A stretch of DNA of 64,000 bases, from contig JAFCCL010000003.1 in NCBI GenBank assembly GCA_017610205.1, positions 62,353 to 126,352 of the forward strand, given 5' to 3'. Shown piece by piece: positions 10,189 through 20,029 of the stretch (the stretch's first letter is position 1; each line of letters opens with the position of its first letter). The stretch comes from Candidatus Iainarchaeum sp. Its GTDB lineage: Archaea > Iainarchaeota > Iainarchaeia > Iainarchaeales > GCA-2688035. The notes beneath the pieces were generated by a model. That model made no database searches. It was given only the letters and a program-made list of their open reading frames with translations, and was not told where the DNA came from. A program made the translations under genes and the position numbers.

Positions 10189-11739
10189 ATGGACAAAAAG
10201 ATTGCTTTAATATCTGTTTCAGATAAGTTCGGGCTTGGAGAATTTGCAAAAGGTCTTGAAGCAATTGGCTTTGAAATTGTTTCAACAGGCGGAACTGCAA
10301 AAGCAATTGAAAAAGAAGGCATAAAGGTAACTCAGGTTGAAGACCTTACAGGCTTTCCTGAAATGCTGGATGGCCGGGTAAAAACACTTCATCCAAAAAT
10401 TCACGCAGGCATTTTGGCAGACCGTTCCAAAAAAAAACATATGTCCACAATCAAAAAGCACGGAATAAGAGAAATTGAGCTGGTTGTTGTAAACTTTTAT
10501 CCTTTTAGGGAAACAATTTCAAAGAAAAACGTTTCATTGGAAGATGCAATTGAAAATATTGACATTGGCGGCCCTACTTTAATAAGGGCTGCGGCAAAAA
10601 ATAATGACACAGTGGCAGTTGTAACATCTTCTGACCAGTATGGAGATGTTTTGGCAGAATTAAACGAAAAGGGTGTGATTTCACCTGAAACAAGAAAAAG
10701 GCTTGCTGCAAAAGCCTTTGAATTAACTGCAGCATATGATGCAACAATAAGCAATTTTCTGCATGACAGGTTCCTTTCTGGTGAAAAATTCCCACAAAGT
10801 TTAAGCCTTTCATTTGAAAAATCCCAGTCTTTGCGTTATGGAGAAAATTGGCATCAGGAAGCCTGCTTTTACAAGGATGCTGTTTCAACTTCGTGCGGAA
10901 TTGGAGCCGCAGAACAGTTGCATGGAAAGGAAATTAGCTTTAACAATATTAATGATGCAAATGCTGCAATTGAATTGGTTAAAGAATTTGAAGAGCCGGC
11001 TGTTGTAATAATAAAGCATGCAAACCCCTGTGGTACCGCTGTCAATGCAGTGCTTTCTGTTGCTTTTAAGAATGCTCTTGCCTGTGACAGTACAAGTGCT
11101 TTTGGAAGCGTAATTGCTTTAAACCAAGAATGCGATGTTGCTACCGCAGAACAGATTACTTCTTTCTTCAATGAAATAGTTATTGCCCCTTCATTTGAGA
11201 AAAAGGCTTTGGCGGTTTTGAAGAAGAAAAAGAATCTTAGAATACTGCTTTTGCCTTGTTTAGGAAAGAAGAAGACAGAACCAGGGCTTGAAGTTAAGGC
11301 TGTTGAAGGCGGAATTTTGGTTCAAACCAAGGACTCGTTGCTATTAAATGACGGGGAGTTAAAGGTTGTGTCAAAGAGAAAGCCTTCTGAGAAAGAAATG
11401 AATGATCTTTTGTTTGGATGGAAGATTGCAAAGCACACTAAAAGCAATGCAATTGTTCTAGTCAAAGATCTTGCATCTGTTGGCGTTGGTGCAGGGCAAA
11501 TGTCAAGGATTGATGCTACTGAGATTGCTGTGAAGAAAAGCAATGGAAAGCACAAGGGCGCAGTTCTTGCATCAGATGCCTTTTTTCCCTTCCGTGACAA
11601 TGTTGACCTTGCAGCCAAGTCAGGCATTACTGCAATTATAGCTCCTGGTGGCTCTGTAAAAGACGAAGAAGTAATCAAGGCTGCAGACGAGCATGGAATT
11701 GCAATGGTTTTTACCGAAATAAGGCATTTTAAGCACTAG
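10189..11739 (+). CDS. purH: Bifunctional AICAR transformylase/IMP cyclohydrolase
   Basis: ALISVSDK, GRVKTLHPKIHAG, IDIGGPTL, LRYGEN, KHANPCG, SDAFFPF, RHFKH. Confidence 0.96.
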   Translation: MDKKIALISVSDKFGLGEFAKGLEAIGFEIVSTGGTAKAIEKEGIKVTQVEDLTGFPEMLDGRVKTLHPKIHAGILADRSKKKHMSTIKKHGIREIELVVVNFYPFRETISKKNVSLEDAIENIDIGGPTLIRAAAKNNDTVAVVTSSDQYGDVLAELNEKGVISPETRKRLAAKAFELTAAYDATISNFLHDRFLSGEKFPQSLSLSFEKSQSLRYGENWHQEACFYKDAVSTSCGIGAAEQLHGKEISFNNINDANAAIELVKEFEEPAVVIIKHANPCGTAVNAVLSVAFKNALACDSTSAFGSVIALNQECDVATAEQITSFFNEIVIAPSFEKKALAVLKKKKNLRILLLPCLGKKKTEPGLEVKAVEGGILVQTKDSLLLNDGELKVVSKRKPSEKEMNDLLFGWKIAKHTKSNAIVLVKDLASVGVGAGQMSRIDATEIAVKKSNGKHKGAVLASDAFFPFRDNVDLAAKSGITAIIAPGGSVKDEEVIKAADEHGIAMVFTEIRHFKH

Positions 11740-11786
11740 TTTTTTAAAGAATGAACCCGCAATATTTTTGTATGGTTTATTTTTTC

Positions 11787-12206
11787 ATGGCAAACAAGCC
11801 AAAACTTCAAAAGCCAAAGAAGCCAAAGGTTTCAAAACACGTTTTAACTTCTGAAAAGATTGCCCGCCTTGCAAGGCTGCAACATGCTGAAAAAATAAGG
11901 GCTAACAAAATCGGGAATGAATTTAAACAATCTCTTCTTGCCAAAAAAATTTCAAAAGAAGTTGAGAATTTGACAAATGAAGTGGAACTGTTGCTTGCCA
12001 TGAGAAAATTAGAGCAAAGCGCAATTAATGATGCAAAAATAAAAGCTCTTCTTATAAAAGGCGCTAAAAAAAATTTGGCTTTCTTTAAAAAATTGCTTAA
12101 TTTTGCTGTTTCAAAAAATGCAAACCACAAATACCTTGAGCACCTTAGAGAGAATATAACTGAGGCTCTAGAGCATGTTGAAAATGCGGAGAATTTTAAG
12201 TTTTAG
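11787..12206 (+). CDS. Hypothetical helical protein with Lys/Pro-rich N-terminus
   Basis: Fills the purH-purD gap; starts MANKPKLQKPKKPK; no recognised motif. Confidence 0.6.
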   Translation: MANKPKLQKPKKPKVSKHVLTSEKIARLARLQHAEKIRANKIGNEFKQSLLAKKISKEVENLTNEVELLLAMRKLEQSAINDAKIKALLIKGAKKNLAFFKKLLNFAVSKNANHKYLEHLRENITEALEHVENAENFKF

Positions 12207-13480
12207 CCCTTCCTGTTCAATGCCTTTTGTCCAATGTCTTTTCTAAACTGCATTCCTTCAAAGGAAATTTTTTCAACTGCTTTGTAGGCGTTGTCAATTG
12301 ATTCCTTGATTGTGTTTCCGCTTGCTGTAATTCCAAGAACTCTTCCTCCGTTTGTAACAACCTTTCCGTTGTCTGCTTTTGTTCCTGCGTGGAAGACAAT
12401 TGTTTCAGTGATTTTTGAATCCTTTTCAAGCCCTGTAATTTCTTTTCCTTTTTCGTATTTTCCAGGATAGCCTCCTGATGCCATAATAATGCAACAGTAT
12501 GCTTTTTGGCTCCATTTAACTTCCTGTTCTGCAAGATTTCCTTCAATGCATGCCTGCATTATTGAAATTAAGTCAGAGTCAAGCCTTGGAAGAATAACTT
12601 GTGTTTCAGGGTCTCCAAAGCGACAGTTGAATTCAACAATTTTTGGCCCTGTTTTTGAAATCATTAACCCTGCATAAAGAATGCCTTTGAATTCCCTTCC
12701 TTCTTTTGCCATTGCATCAACTGTTGGCTGCATTATTTCTTTCAAAATGCGTTGTTCCATTTCTTTTGTTACAATTGGTGCAGGAGAGTATGCCCCCATT
12801 CCTCCTGTATTTGGCCCCTTGTCGTTGTCAAAAATTCTTTTGTGGTCCTGGCTTGAAACCATTGGCTTGATGTTTTTTCCGTCTGTAAAAACAAGATAGC
12901 TTGCTTCTTCTCCCAAAAGCTTTTCTTCGAGTACGATTTTGCTTCCTGCTTCTCCAAACCTTTTGTCAGTCATCATTTCATCAATTGCTTTTTCTGCTTC
13001 TTCAATTGTTTCGGCTACAACAACTCCTTTTCCTGCTGCAAGGCCGTCTGCTTTTACTACAACTGGTGCTTCTTTTTCTTGCAGGTATTGTTTTGCTTTT
13101 TCTGCGTTGTCAAAGGCGGCATATTCTGCACTTGGAATTCCATATTTTTTCAGCAGGTCTCTTGTAAAAAGCTTGCTTCCTTCAATTGCAGCTGCCTTTT
13201 TGCTTGGGCCAAATGCATTAATTCCTTTTTCCTGCAAAAAATCCACAATGCCTTCAACAAGCGGGTTTTCGGGTCCGACAAACACCAGTCCGATTTCTTC
13301 TTTTTTTGCGAATTCTGCAATTTTTTCAAATTCGTCAACTTTTATGTCAACGTTTTCTCCAACAAGTGCTGTTCCTGCATTGCCTGGTGCAATAAAGACT
13401 TTTTCTGCAAGAGGGCTTTGCATTAGCTTTCTTGCAACAGCATGCTCTCTTCCTCCGTTTCCAATTACCAAAATTTTCAT
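12203..13480 (-). CDS. purD: Phosphoribosylamine-glycine ligase
   Basis: GNGGREHA, GPE, KADGLAAGKGV, QDHKR, GPNTGGMGAY, EFNCRFGDPE. Confidence 0.96.
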   Translation of the reverse strand: MKILVIGNGGREHAVARKLMQSPLAEKVFIAPGNAGTALVGENVDIKVDEFEKIAEFAKKEEIGLVFVGPENPLVEGIVDFLQEKGINAFGPSKKAAAIEGSKLFTRDLLKKYGIPSAEYAAFDNAEKAKQYLQEKEAPVVVKADGLAAGKGVVVAETIEEAEKAIDEMMTDKRFGEAGSKIVLEEKLLGEEASYLVFTDGKNIKPMVSSQDHKRIFDNDKGPNTGGMGAYSPAPIVTKEMEQRILKEIMQPTVDAMAKEGREFKGILYAGLMISKTGPKIVEFNCRFGDPETQVILPRLDSDLISIMQACIEGNLAEQEVKWSQKAYCCIIMASGGYPGKYEKGKEITGLEKDSKITETIVFHAGTKADNGKVVTNGGRVLGITASGNTIKESIDNAYKAVEKISFEGMQFRKDIGQKALNRKG

Positions 13481-13574
13481 GCAATTACCCCCTAAGAAAA
13501 ACATTTATACAATTACTCTATGAAAACAATCCAACTTCAAAGTTATTTTAATTCTTACCGCTCTCCATTTTTGT

Positions 13575-14225
13575 ATGAAAGCAGCAATTCTTGACTTTGA
13601 CGGTGTAATTGCTGACACCCTCCAATTAAATTTTGAGGTAAAGAAAGCAGCTTTCCTGCCCTATGGTGTTGAGCTAACCCTTAAAGAATTCATTGACATT
13701 TGGGTTAGCCCTGAAAAGGGAAAGGAGGGAACACCCTACTTTGTTAAATTAAAGAATCTTTCAATTGACCCTTTTGAAAGCCGGGCAAAACAGCGAAAGG
13801 CTTTTCGGGAATTGTACTGTGGAAAAGTGGGTTTGCTGCCTGGTGCCCTTGAACTAATTGGTTTGTTGAAGAAAAAAGGCCTGCCTCTTGCAATTGTTTC
13901 TTCAAACTTCAAGCCAAACATAGAGCTTCTTTTGGAAAACTTTAATTTGGCAAAAGAGTTTTGTTTTGTCCTTGGCTTTGATGATTTTGAAAGGCACAAG
14001 CCATTTCCAGATGCCTATCTTGCGGCGGTTAAAAGGCTTGGTTTTCAGGCAAAAGATGTTTTGGTTTTTGAGGATGCTGACACAGGTGTTGAAAGTGCAA
14101 AAACAGCCGGCTGCAGCTGCATTGCTATTCCAAACAGGTTTACTGAAAGGGGAGATTTTGGCAAAGCGGATCTTGTGCTCAAAAGCCTTTTGGAAATTGA
14201 TGAAAAAGTTCTTGCATTGTTTTAA
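13575..14225 (+). CDS. HAD-superfamily phosphatase (beta-PGM-like)
   Basis: DFDGVIAD, SSN, KPFPD, FEDADTG motifs I-IV. Confidence 0.88.
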   Translation: MKAAILDFDGVIADTLQLNFEVKKAAFLPYGVELTLKEFIDIWVSPEKGKEGTPYFVKLKNLSIDPFESRAKQRKAFRELYCGKVGLLPGALELIGLLKKKGLPLAIVSSNFKPNIELLLENFNLAKEFCFVLGFDDFERHKPFPDAYLAAVKRLGFQAKDVLVFEDADTGVESAKTAGCSCIAIPNRFTERGDFGKADLVLKSLLEIDEKVLALF

Positions 14226-14231
14226 TGCCTA

Positions 14232-14792
14232 TTACTTGCACCTTATTGTTTCTTTGTCTGTTATAACAATATCCATTTTTACATCGTGGCTTTCAGTTGG
14301 AATGCTTTCCTCTAAATTTTCTTCAAAGCACAGTCCAACTAATGGGGTTTTTGTGCTGGTTTTTCGCAAAAGCGAGTCATAGAACCCCATGCCTCTTCCA
14401 ATTCTTGAGCCGGCTTTGTCAAAGGCAACACCTGGAATTATAATCAGGTCAATTTCTTTTGATTCCACTGGCTTTTGGGTTTTTGGCTCAAAAAGCCCCT
14501 GTGTTGTTTCTTTAAGCTCTTCCAGTGAATTAATTTCTCTTGGAACCATTGCTCTTTTTTCAAAATTTGTTGCAGGCAAAGCAACTCTTTTTTCAAGCGC
14601 TATGGCTTTTTCTATTAGCTTGTTTGTTTCAACCTCGTTGTTTACACCGTAGTATAGAATAATGCATTTTGCTTTTTTAAATTCGGGCAATTCTTCTACA
14701 AGTTTTTGAATTGCATTGCTTTTTTCTTCAATTTCTTTTTTGGAAAGGCTGTTTCTTTTTGCAAGATTTTTCAGCCTTGTTATTTGTTTCAT
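14232..14792 (-). CDS. 5-formyltetrahydrofolate cyclo-ligase
   Basis: NEVET, IIPGVAFD, RIGRGMGFYD, HDVKMD. Confidence 0.92.
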   Translation of the reverse strand: MKQITRLKNLAKRNSLSKKEIEEKSNAIQKLVEELPEFKKAKCIILYYGVNNEVETNKLIEKAIALEKRVALPATNFEKRAMVPREINSLEELKETTQGLFEPKTQKPVESKEIDLIIIPGVAFDKAGSRIGRGMGFYDSLLRKTSTKTPLVGLCFEENLEESIPTESHDVKMDIVITDKETIRCK

Positions 14793-14874
14793 GTCAGTAT
14801 TCAGCTGAAAAAGATTTAATAATCCTTCAGAAGTTTTTTTTTAATTCTTCTTAGAATTTGGCTTTTAGGTTTTT

Positions 14875-15072
14875 TTATTCTTCGTAGAATTCGTCAAAGT
14901 CTGTTTCTTCCATGGCTTTTTCTTTTGAGACTCTGAGTTTTGGCTTGCCTTCGTTTACTTCTATGACTAGTTCAAGATTGCATTCAGAGCAATTTAACAG
15001 ATCTCCTTCATCAAAGTCCTCGAGCTCTATTTCAAACGTTCCTCCACATTCCGGACATCGTACTTTTTTCAT
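14875..15072 (-). CDS. LysW/ArgW-like zinc-ribbon protein
   Basis: CPECG...GDLLNCSECNLEL and acidic tail ending FDEFYEE; lacks canonical EDWGE. Confidence 0.6.
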   Translation of the reverse strand: MKKVRCPECGGTFEIELEDFDEGDLLNCSECNLELVIEVNEGKPKLRVSKEKAMEETDFDEFYEE

Positions 15073-15221
15073 GCTTTTGTCACCCTTTTTGGTAAGATTT
15101 TTTTCCACCATAAATTCTTTTAAAGTTTAGCTTTTTTCAAAAAAAGGGTTAATTTTGAAACTGTACTGAATTAATTGTTTTTTTTGGGGGGTTGTATTTG
15201 CGATTTTCTAATTTTTTTGGG

Positions 15222-15809
15222 TTATATTGGCAGAATTCCGAAAATAAGCAGGATTACTGCTGCAAGTACGAGGGCTGTAAATGCTCTTGTGCCAGTAACT
15301 TTTCTAATGCATTTGTAGAGAATGAAGATGCCTAATACAGTCAATGCTATTGCTATGATTAATGCTATTGCAAAAAATGCCAGGTTTACTGAGGCCGGAT
15401 TTGCTGCAATAAACTCGCCTATTTGGTTTGCATTTTCTGCAGTTGCTGCAAATTCAATTGCTTCCGGTGAAAATACTAAATTTATTGTCAGAAGCGAAAG
15501 TATGATGATTGTAAGTGACACAATTTGCAAAAGGGAAACTGCTGAAAGAACTTTTAAAAGCTGGCCTTTTTCTTTTTTTCCGTTGAAAATTATTCCAAGA
15601 GCGTAAACTATGAGGCCGAGAATAAAGAATGTTACGTATGCCAAAACAATTTGGTAAATTGCATATCCTGAAATGTCAATCCCATAAAGCATTTGGCCTC
15701 CGAGGAATGCAACTGAAGGCAAAAGCACCAACACAAGGGCAATTGCCAAATTTGGCTTTTCAAAAGCTGATTCAACAGCCTTTCCTGGCTTAAAAATGTT
15801 AATATTCAT
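15222..15809 (-). CDS. YIP1-family membrane protein
   Basis: About 5 TM helices; N-terminal IFKPGKAVES pattern. Confidence 0.55.
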   Translation of the reverse strand: MNINIFKPGKAVESAFEKPNLAIALVLVLLPSVAFLGGQMLYGIDISGYAIYQIVLAYVTFFILGLIVYALGIIFNGKKEKGQLLKVLSAVSLLQIVSLTIIILSLLTINLVFSPEAIEFAATAENANQIGEFIAANPASVNLAFFAIALIIAIALTVLGIFILYKCIRKVTGTRAFTALVLAAVILLIFGILPI

Positions 15810-15863
15810 CTGCTATATATATGGAATTGCAGTATTTAAAACTAACTAAGAAGCAGTTTTTTT

Positions 15864-16934
15864 CTATCTTGTAACCTTCATTTCCTGAACCTTTTCAAGA
15901 AGCTGTTTTGGCTTTCCTTTTGCAAAATGCTTTCTTACAGGTTCCAAAAGCTTGTTGATGTATCCTGCTGTTGCGTTCTTCAAATCCATCGGGTGCAATT
16001 TTCCTGCTACAAAGTCCTTTTCCAAATCCAAATAGTTGCAGTATTCAACATTTCCACCGAACTTTGCAGGGCGTTCAATTTTCATTTTTGGAAACTTTTC
16101 AAACACAATATATTTGCAGTACTCCAAAACAGGGTTTTCTTCAGCCTGCTTTTCAGGACAGTAGGCCTTGTTTATTTTTCTTTTAACTTCTTCTTCGGCG
16201 TCGGTCATAAAAATTGCTGAATCTGGATTGCTTTTGCTCATCTTCATTGCAATTGACCTTTCAACACCTGTTCCCTCTGCTTTTGGTTTTTGCAAACCCA
16301 TTAGCATATGGTGGCTTACTACAACCGGCTTCCAAAATCCAAGCTTTGGACCAACTTCTCTTGCAAGCATGTTTACTTTTCTCTGGTCCATCCCAAGCTG
16401 TGTAATGTCGCATTTTAAGTGAAAAATGTCTGCTGCCTGCATGCACGGGTAAATTATTTGCGAAGCGCTTAATGCCTCGCTTTCGCTTCTGCCCATTATC
16501 TGGCTGCATCTAACAATCCTTTTTACTGTGTTGTTTATTGCCAGGTCCATAACGGTTTTCCAATAATCTGAATTTTTTACAAGTTTGCTTGCCCAAACAA
16601 ATTCAACTTTTTTTGTGTCAAGTCCGCATGCCTTCCAAACTTCAATCAAATACTTCCCTGCCACTTGAATGTCATCCAAGTTTCCTCCGAGTTTTTTGTT
16701 TGCCATTGCATGCCAGTCTGCAACAAGCATTTTGAAAGAGCAGCCTGCCCTGAGCATTTTTTCAATATTTACTGCCCTTAAAAGCCCTTGGGCAATGTGA
16801 ACCTGGCCAGAGGGCTCAAAACCGTCGTATGCCACTGGCTTTTTCTTTTTTGAAAGCAGTGCCCTCAAATCTTCTTCTGTAATTATTTCTTCGCCAACCT
16901 CTTTAATGAGTGCAATTCTTTTATCCAAGTCCAT
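15864..16934 (-). CDS. tyrS: Tyrosyl-tRNA synthetase (archaeal/eukaryal type)
   Basis: YDGFEPSG, HIAQG, YPCMQAADI, GMDQRK, KMSKS, LHPMDLK. Confidence 0.95.
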   Translation of the reverse strand: MDLDKRIALIKEVGEEIITEEDLRALLSKKKKPVAYDGFEPSGQVHIAQGLLRAVNIEKMLRAGCSFKMLVADWHAMANKKLGGNLDDIQVAGKYLIEVWKACGLDTKKVEFVWASKLVKNSDYWKTVMDLAINNTVKRIVRCSQIMGRSESEALSASQIIYPCMQAADIFHLKCDITQLGMDQRKVNMLAREVGPKLGFWKPVVVSHHMLMGLQKPKAEGTGVERSIAMKMSKSNPDSAIFMTDAEEEVKRKINKAYCPEKQAEENPVLEYCKYIVFEKFPKMKIERPAKFGGNVEYCNYLDLEKDFVAGKLHPMDLKNATAGYINKLLEPVRKHFAKGKPKQLLEKVQEMKVTR

Positions 16935-16982
16935 TAAAAACCACTAAATTATATTAAGTTAGAAGTATTTATAAGTATTCAA

Positions 16983-17414
16983 TTGCAAAGCAGGTGTTTT
17001 TGTTTGGGTTGTGTAATGGCTTTTGGAACGTTTGACATTTTGCATCCTGGTCACAAGTTTTACTTAAAACAGGCAAAAAAGCTTGGTGGAAAGCTTGTTG
17101 TGGTTGTTGCAAGGGACAAAAATGTGCTGGAGGTCAAAGGAAAAAAGGCTTTGAATAATGAAAATGACAGGCTTGCTTTTGTAACGCATTTAAGCTTTGT
17201 TGACCAGGCTGTTTTGGGCGACAGGGAGTTGCGAAAATGGGCTGTTGTAAAGCGCTTTCACCCTGTAACAATTGCCTTGGGCTATGACCAGTGGGCAAGC
17301 ATTCTGAGTTTGAGAAAAGAGCTTGCAAAAATTGGCTTAAATCCCAAAATTGTTAGAATAAAGGCGTTTAAGCCAAAGAAAAACAAATCCAGTTTGCTGA
17401 AGAAATCCTCCTAA
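16983..17414 (+). CDS. ribL: Archaeal FAD synthetase/cytidylyltransferase-family protein
   Basis: GTFDILHPGH (HxGH), VVVARD, ALGYDQ. Confidence 0.75.
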   Translation: MQSRCFCLGCVMAFGTFDILHPGHKFYLKQAKKLGGKLVVVVARDKNVLEVKGKKALNNENDRLAFVTHLSFVDQAVLGDRELRKWAVVKRFHPVTIALGYDQWASILSLRKELAKIGLNPKIVRIKAFKPKKNKSSLLKKSS

Positions 17415-17668
17415 TTTGTTGTGGGGGTAACCTCTTTCTTTCTTCTGATTTCCATCCAGCCAAAGAAAGCTAGTACTAGGTAATAAACCGATATTCCCAA
17501 AACTGCCAGAAAAAGCATGCCAAAGAGTTCTGCCCAGGTCTGTTCTTCTACTCCGCCTGAAGCAATGCTTAATGTTGCCATAACAAAAGAACCGCCCATT
17601 GAAAAGAACATTAGTATAAGTCCGCTTCTTGAAAGAAGCCTTATTGTTTTATTGCTTATCGGCTGCAT
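17411..17668 (-). CDS. Small 2-TM hypothetical protein
   Basis: Two hydrophobic segments; fills intergenic gap; ATG at 17668. Confidence 0.55.
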   Translation of the reverse strand: MQPISNKTIRLLSRSGLILMFFSMGGSFVMATLSIASGGVEEQTWAELFGMLFLAVLGISVYYLVLAFFGWMEIRRKKEVTPTTN

Positions 17669-17763
17669 AGTAAACAAATGCCCTTCAAATATAAAAAAAC
17701 AGAGGTAACCCATTTTTGTTACGCATAACGTTTTTAAGTAGTTGCTATTGTTTTTCATTTGTT

Positions 17764-18306
17764 ATGCACAAGTACAAGTTACTTATTGGCAGTGCAATGC
17801 TTGCTGTTGTAAGTGTATTGCTTCAGATTTACAAAATTGCCTATCCCTGGGGCGGGTTTATTGATATAGATGCTGTTGGTGTTCCCTGGCTTATTTCAAC
17901 ATTTTTGTTTGGAATTTACGGGGGGGTAATAACTTCTGTTGTTTCTGCGTTAGGAATTGCTATTTTTGCCCCAACTGGTCCTATTGGCGCTTTTATGAAA
18001 TTGGTTGCAACAATTGCAATGGTTGTTATTGTTGGGGCTGTTGGAAAAACAATTGGCTTTGGCAAAAAAGGCATTGCTGTTGCATTTCTCGGATGCCTTG
18101 TGGCAAGGCCTGTTTTGATGGTTTTGTTTAATTATTATCTTGGAATTCCGCTCTTTTTTGGAATAGCTACTGATGTTGCCTTGCAGAAGTTTCCTCTGGA
18201 ACTTTTTATCATTCCAAATGCACTTCTTGCAATTATAGACTTCTGGGTTGCATATGCTCTTGTTTTTGGAACTAAGCTGAGGGCGCGGGTAAATGTTAAA
18301 TCTTGA
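17764..18306 (+). CDS. ECF transporter S-component
   Basis: About 6 TM helices; overlaps the downstream ATPase gene, followed by the T-component gene. Confidence 0.75.
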   Translation: MHKYKLLIGSAMLAVVSVLLQIYKIAYPWGGFIDIDAVGVPWLISTFLFGIYGGVITSVVSALGIAIFAPTGPIGAFMKLVATIAMVVIVGAVGKTIGFGKKGIAVAFLGCLVARPVLMVLFNYYLGIPLFFGIATDVALQKFPLELFIIPNALLAIIDFWVAYALVFGTKLRARVNVKS

Positions 18307-19459
18307 AAATTTTTCAGTTTCTTTTGGTCAAAAAAATGTTTTGAACCAGTTGAATTTTTCTGCCGGGTCAGGTGAAAAACTTTCAATTATTGGTCCTAAT
18401 GGATGTGGTAAATCAACGCTTGCGTTGGCAATTTCCGGGGTAATTCCTGATTTTATTCAGGCTGATGTTTCTGGAAAAGTTTTTTGTGAAAACAGTGTTA
18501 TAATAATGCAGAATCCTTCATCACAGTTTTTTGCAATGACTGTGAAAGAAGAGCTTGGTGAAACTGGAATGGCTTTTGCAAAACGGTTTGGCTTGAATGA
18601 TTTGTTTGACAGAAATGTCTTTCAATTGAGCGAAGGTGAACGGCAAAAAGTAAATCTTGTGGCAAATCTTTCTTTGGACCCAGAACTTTTGCTTCTTGAC
18701 GAACCGCTTGAGCTTCTTGACCCTGTTGAAGCAAACCGGTTTAAGGCTCTTCTTTCAAAAGTTGAAGGGAAAACAATTGTCTGGTTTGACAAGGAAGATC
18801 CAAAAATTTTAAGTGCACGAAAGGTATTTTTGGGAGACTGCAAAAAGCAAAGGCTTCCTAAAAAAAAAGTCCGCAGATTGCATGGAACAGCACTTAAGGC
18901 TGATTTTTTGGTTAAAAAGGAAGATTTTTGCATCAGGGCAGATTTTTCCATGCAAAATCAGGAAAAGATTGCTTTGATTGGGCGTAATGGATGCGGAAAA
19001 ACAACAGTATTAAAGACGATTGCAGGAATTGAAAAATTTTCCGGAAAAGTTTCCTTCAGTGGAAGGCCAAGCTTTGTCCCACAAAACCCTTCGCATCTTT
19101 TTTTCAATGAAACAGCTGAAGCAGAACTTGCTGAGCCAGGCAATGCAAAAAAGCTTGGAATAAGCCATTTGCTAAAACAAAATCCTGCTGCATTAAGCAA
19201 GGGCCAGCAGAAGCTTTTGAGTGTTGCAACAATCAAAAGTGAAGAAAGGGGTCTTGCATTGCTTGATGAGCCAACAACATGGCTTGATCAAAAAAACAAG
19301 TCAGCAGTTTACAAATTTATTACTGAAAGCACCCATCCTATGGTTATTGCAACCCACGACAGGAAGCTTTTGCAGTACTGTGACAGGGTTTTCTTGGTTG
19401 AAGGGGGTGAAATGCGCGCATGTTCCAGTACAGCAGCAAATCGCTTTTTTCAGAAGTGA
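18293..19459 (+). CDS. ECF transporter ATPase, fused A-A' (compact)
   Basis: Two Walker A (GPNGCGKS, GRNGCGKT), two QNP Q-loops, LSEGE/LSKGQ signatures, two LLDEP. Confidence 0.88.
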   Translation: MLNLENFSVSFGQKNVLNQLNFSAGSGEKLSIIGPNGCGKSTLALAISGVIPDFIQADVSGKVFCENSVIIMQNPSSQFFAMTVKEELGETGMAFAKRFGLNDLFDRNVFQLSEGERQKVNLVANLSLDPELLLLDEPLELLDPVEANRFKALLSKVEGKTIVWFDKEDPKILSARKVFLGDCKKQRLPKKKVRRLHGTALKADFLVKKEDFCIRADFSMQNQEKIALIGRNGCGKTTVLKTIAGIEKFSGKVSFSGRPSFVPQNPSHLFFNETAEAELAEPGNAKKLGISHLLKQNPAALSKGQQKLLSVATIKSEERGLALLDEPTTWLDQKNKSAVYKFITESTHPMVIATHDRKLLQYCDRVFLVEGGEMRACSSTAANRFFQK

Positions 19460-20019
19460 AAGAGCAGTATAAGCTTGGTTTTCTTTTTCTTGCCTTTGCA
19501 GCGGCGTTTCTATTGCAGGATATTTTTCTTTTGCTTTGCCTTTTTGCAGTTCTCTTAACACTTCTTGCAGTTGCCGGTTACCGTGGCTTTTTTGGGCTTT
19601 TTATTGGACTGCTTCCGTTTCTTGCCCTTGCCGACATTGGTTTTGTAATATTTCTATCCAATTCCGGTCTTGACTTACTGCACCTTACAATTAGTTCAAA
19701 TCTTCGAATACTCTGCCTTTTTACAGCAACTGCCTTTTTTACTTTTTCAACAGATGTCTTTGCCCTTCACAAGCTTTTCAGCAAAATGCATTTTCCTGAA
19801 GAAATTTGCCTTCCTGTATATGTTCTGTTCAGGTTTTTGCCTGAAATAGAGCACGACCTTGTTGAAATTGCAGGCATTCAAAAGATTAGGGGAATAACCA
19901 AAAGAAACCCTGTTCTTTACATAAAATCTGTTATGATTCCGCTTTTGTTTACTGTCCTGCAAAAATCTGATGACCTTGCAATAGCTTACTATCTCAGAAA
20001 AAAAAGGGAAACAAGTTAA
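19420..20019 (+). CDS. ECF transporter T-component
   Basis: TM protein with RFLP...QKIRG coupling helix. Confidence 0.8.
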   Translation: MFQYSSKSLFSEVKEQYKLGFLFLAFAAAFLLQDIFLLLCLFAVLLTLLAVAGYRGFFGLFIGLLPFLALADIGFVIFLSNSGLDLLHLTISSNLRILCLFTATAFFTFSTDVFALHKLFSKMHFPEEICLPVYVLFRFLPEIEHDLVEIAGIQKIRGITKRNPVLYIKSVMIPLLFTVLQKSDDLAIAYYLRKKRETS

Positions 20020-20029
20020 TGGAAAAAAG

